The notes under the pieces are model-generated. The model had not been told where the DNA came from and searched no databases. It saw only the letters and a program-made list of their open reading frames with translations. From the NCBI GenBank assembly GCA_020137815.1, contig CM035355.1:62001-126000 (forward strand): 64,000 bases of DNA, written 5' to 3'. Made by a program: the position numbers and the translations under genes. Every line of letters starts with the position of its first letter. The first letter of the stretch is position 1. Source of the DNA: Hormiphora californensis. Its lineage: Eukaryota; Animalia; Ctenophora. This document shows positions 62,350-64,000 of the stretch, in pieces.

Positions 62350-62730
62350 GTCAGAAAGAATTCAAAAATCTCAAAAATATATTTTTCTAAAAAAACACAA
62401 GGATATAAATTAATAATGATAATTTGATCATTGCAATAGTTTTCCTGGCGTATAGTTTGAAAGTGTTGCTGGTTATGATCATGGAAACGCGAATTTAACA
62501 GCACCCCAGGCCCCGAAAGTTCATGTATCAAAACTTCCGCACGTTTTTTAATTTCTTGTTTGGTTTTTGGATCTAGTTTTAACTTTCATAAAATTGCTTT
62601 TCAGCAAAATCTGTGCGTTGTGGATTAAAATGGATGCTTCTATCGTGTTCAACGTTAAAAAATAGCCGGGGTACCAAATTTTGGTGTCTCTTAAGTCCAT
62701 TTTTATTCAACTGTTCACCCCTCAACTCTC

Positions 62731-63880
62731 CAGCGGGGGGAACTCAGGTTCTTCGTGCCAGCTGAGTTCTTCGAGCTCAGTCCCGTTGCCGTGGACCTGG
62801 TTGGCTGATGGTCCAGTGATTACGGTCAAATCACCCGGCTATCTCCCCAATCTTGGGGAGTAAACTTTGCCAGAGACCTTGCCGAACTCAACTATGGAAC
62901 CGAGCTCTTGCAGTGCGGCTGGTCCCTGCTGGGATTGGTTCGATTGGTTCGGCGGTCGATTGATGAGCGGTTGGTTGACGATTGATATCAGTCGTTGATC
63001 GATCGTTTGTCGGTCGGTCGTCGGACTGAGTTTTAGTGGGGATCCCAGTTGAACTGATAATCTCACCCCAGCCAGTAACCTTGTTACACATGGCAACCCA
63101 TGATTTGTAATCACCGAGGGCCTCCGCCTAGTAGGTAATGCCTACTAGGCATGCCTGATGACCCGTCGGCTGTCTCCCATTTAATTATGGGGTTAAATAG
63201 GGGTTATTCCCCTGGGGAACCTCTGCCCAAATTTTTGCCACATACTACCTTTGCAATATATCTAGAACAATCCTCCTCACTGACAAACAGATCAAGCAAC
63301 ACACTTGATTTGGTAAAATTCTCCAAACTAATAGCCAAAGTAACCTATTCGATTAAACCATCCCTAACTATCCCGACCTGGAACAAGTGGCAAACTATAG
63401 GGCAACGCTACTTATGGGGGAGTTTTCTTCTATAACAACGCAATAAGGGACCCAAGAGTGGTAGGGCAGGTCTGGGCCAAACAAATGGCCACCTCCGCCA
63501 TATGGCAAGTAGTTACCCCGCAAAAGTGCAACCCCTGGGAGATGATTATTTGCCAAATGCTCACCAGAGTTAACATAAGCGTTTTCATGCTTATCTGTGC
63601 TTGCTAAGAAATTAGCTGTCCGGACCCCCAGGTTGCATGCTGATAAGTACTGCTAGCGGTTTTGACCCAAGACCTGAGGTGTGATAAGATATTTCAGCCG
63701 TCACCGATTAGATGGTGAACCCACGGTATTGTTATATCCGGCAACCCACCTACCTCTACAGCTCCTTGGAGCAGTAGTAACCAGAGACCAGTCTGTGTGA
63801 CAGGTAAATTCCATCCATTGCCCTGACAATATAGGTATGTCAGTCTACTATTAGATTCACTGTATCAAATACTCACATAT
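62731..63880 (+). mobile_element. Family X non-coding structured retroposon, uninterrupted diverged copy
   Basis: Same 5' start cagcggggggaactcag and collinear blocks as 30602-37604; 3' end approximate. Confidence 0.68.
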
Positions 63881-64000
63881 ATAATATATTATATTATATT
63901 AATTTACGCTGCGCGCGCTACACGTTAACATGTGATAAACGCGCAAAACAATTCCACACACGACTTTGGGGGGTGAACAGTTGAAAAAAAATGGAGTATA

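Larger units (their letters stand above)
56683..62352 (-). mobile_element. ORF1-only element (33434 family) carrying three later insertions
   Basis: ORF pieces 62094-62349 and 60123-60879, 3' domain 56700-56875, (TTGA)n tail 56683-56700; interrupted by an SL-ORF1 element, a MITE arm and the 460-bp array. Confidence 0.82.

Noticed and set aside
62731-62790. HDV-like ribozyme at the 5' end of family X (and at the 5' end of 657-1950)
   Set aside because: An L3-like ggt-tcttcgt-gcc is present but P1/P2 could not be completed and it is not conserved in the other copy

Overview
Eukaryotic, almost entirely repetitive 64 kb with no convincing host gene. It is probably a ctenophore: four copies of a sequence matching, from memory, the ctenophore spliced leader (…AAACTTTTCAACACTACTTTAAACAAATTAATTTGAG) are present. 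The window is a nest of MITE/foldback DNA elements whose termini and TSDs are hAT-, Tc1/mariner-, Kolobok-, piggyBac-, Chapaev- and Merlin/MuDR-like. It also holds a 5'-truncated APE-RT-RNaseH LINE (6106-11888) and an intact GalEa-type Ty1/copia element (20790-26101) inserted into a CRE-like endonuclease remnant. The most interesting content is RNA-based and non-autonomous. (i) Five short retroelements encode only a LINE ORF1-like protein and end in microsatellite tails; one begins with the spliced leader, so it looks like a retroposed trans-spliced RNA. (ii) A 6.8 x 460-bp apparently identical tandem array (56912-60034) carries a type I hammerhead ribozyme in every unit on the minus strand (retrozyme-like), inserted in sense orientation into the 3' UTR of one ORF1-only element. 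(iii) Several 0.7-1.3 kb non-coding, hairpin-rich retroposons have tails and, in some cases, TSDs. All alignments and folds were done by eye; family assignments rest on motifs, termini and TSDs, not database searches.
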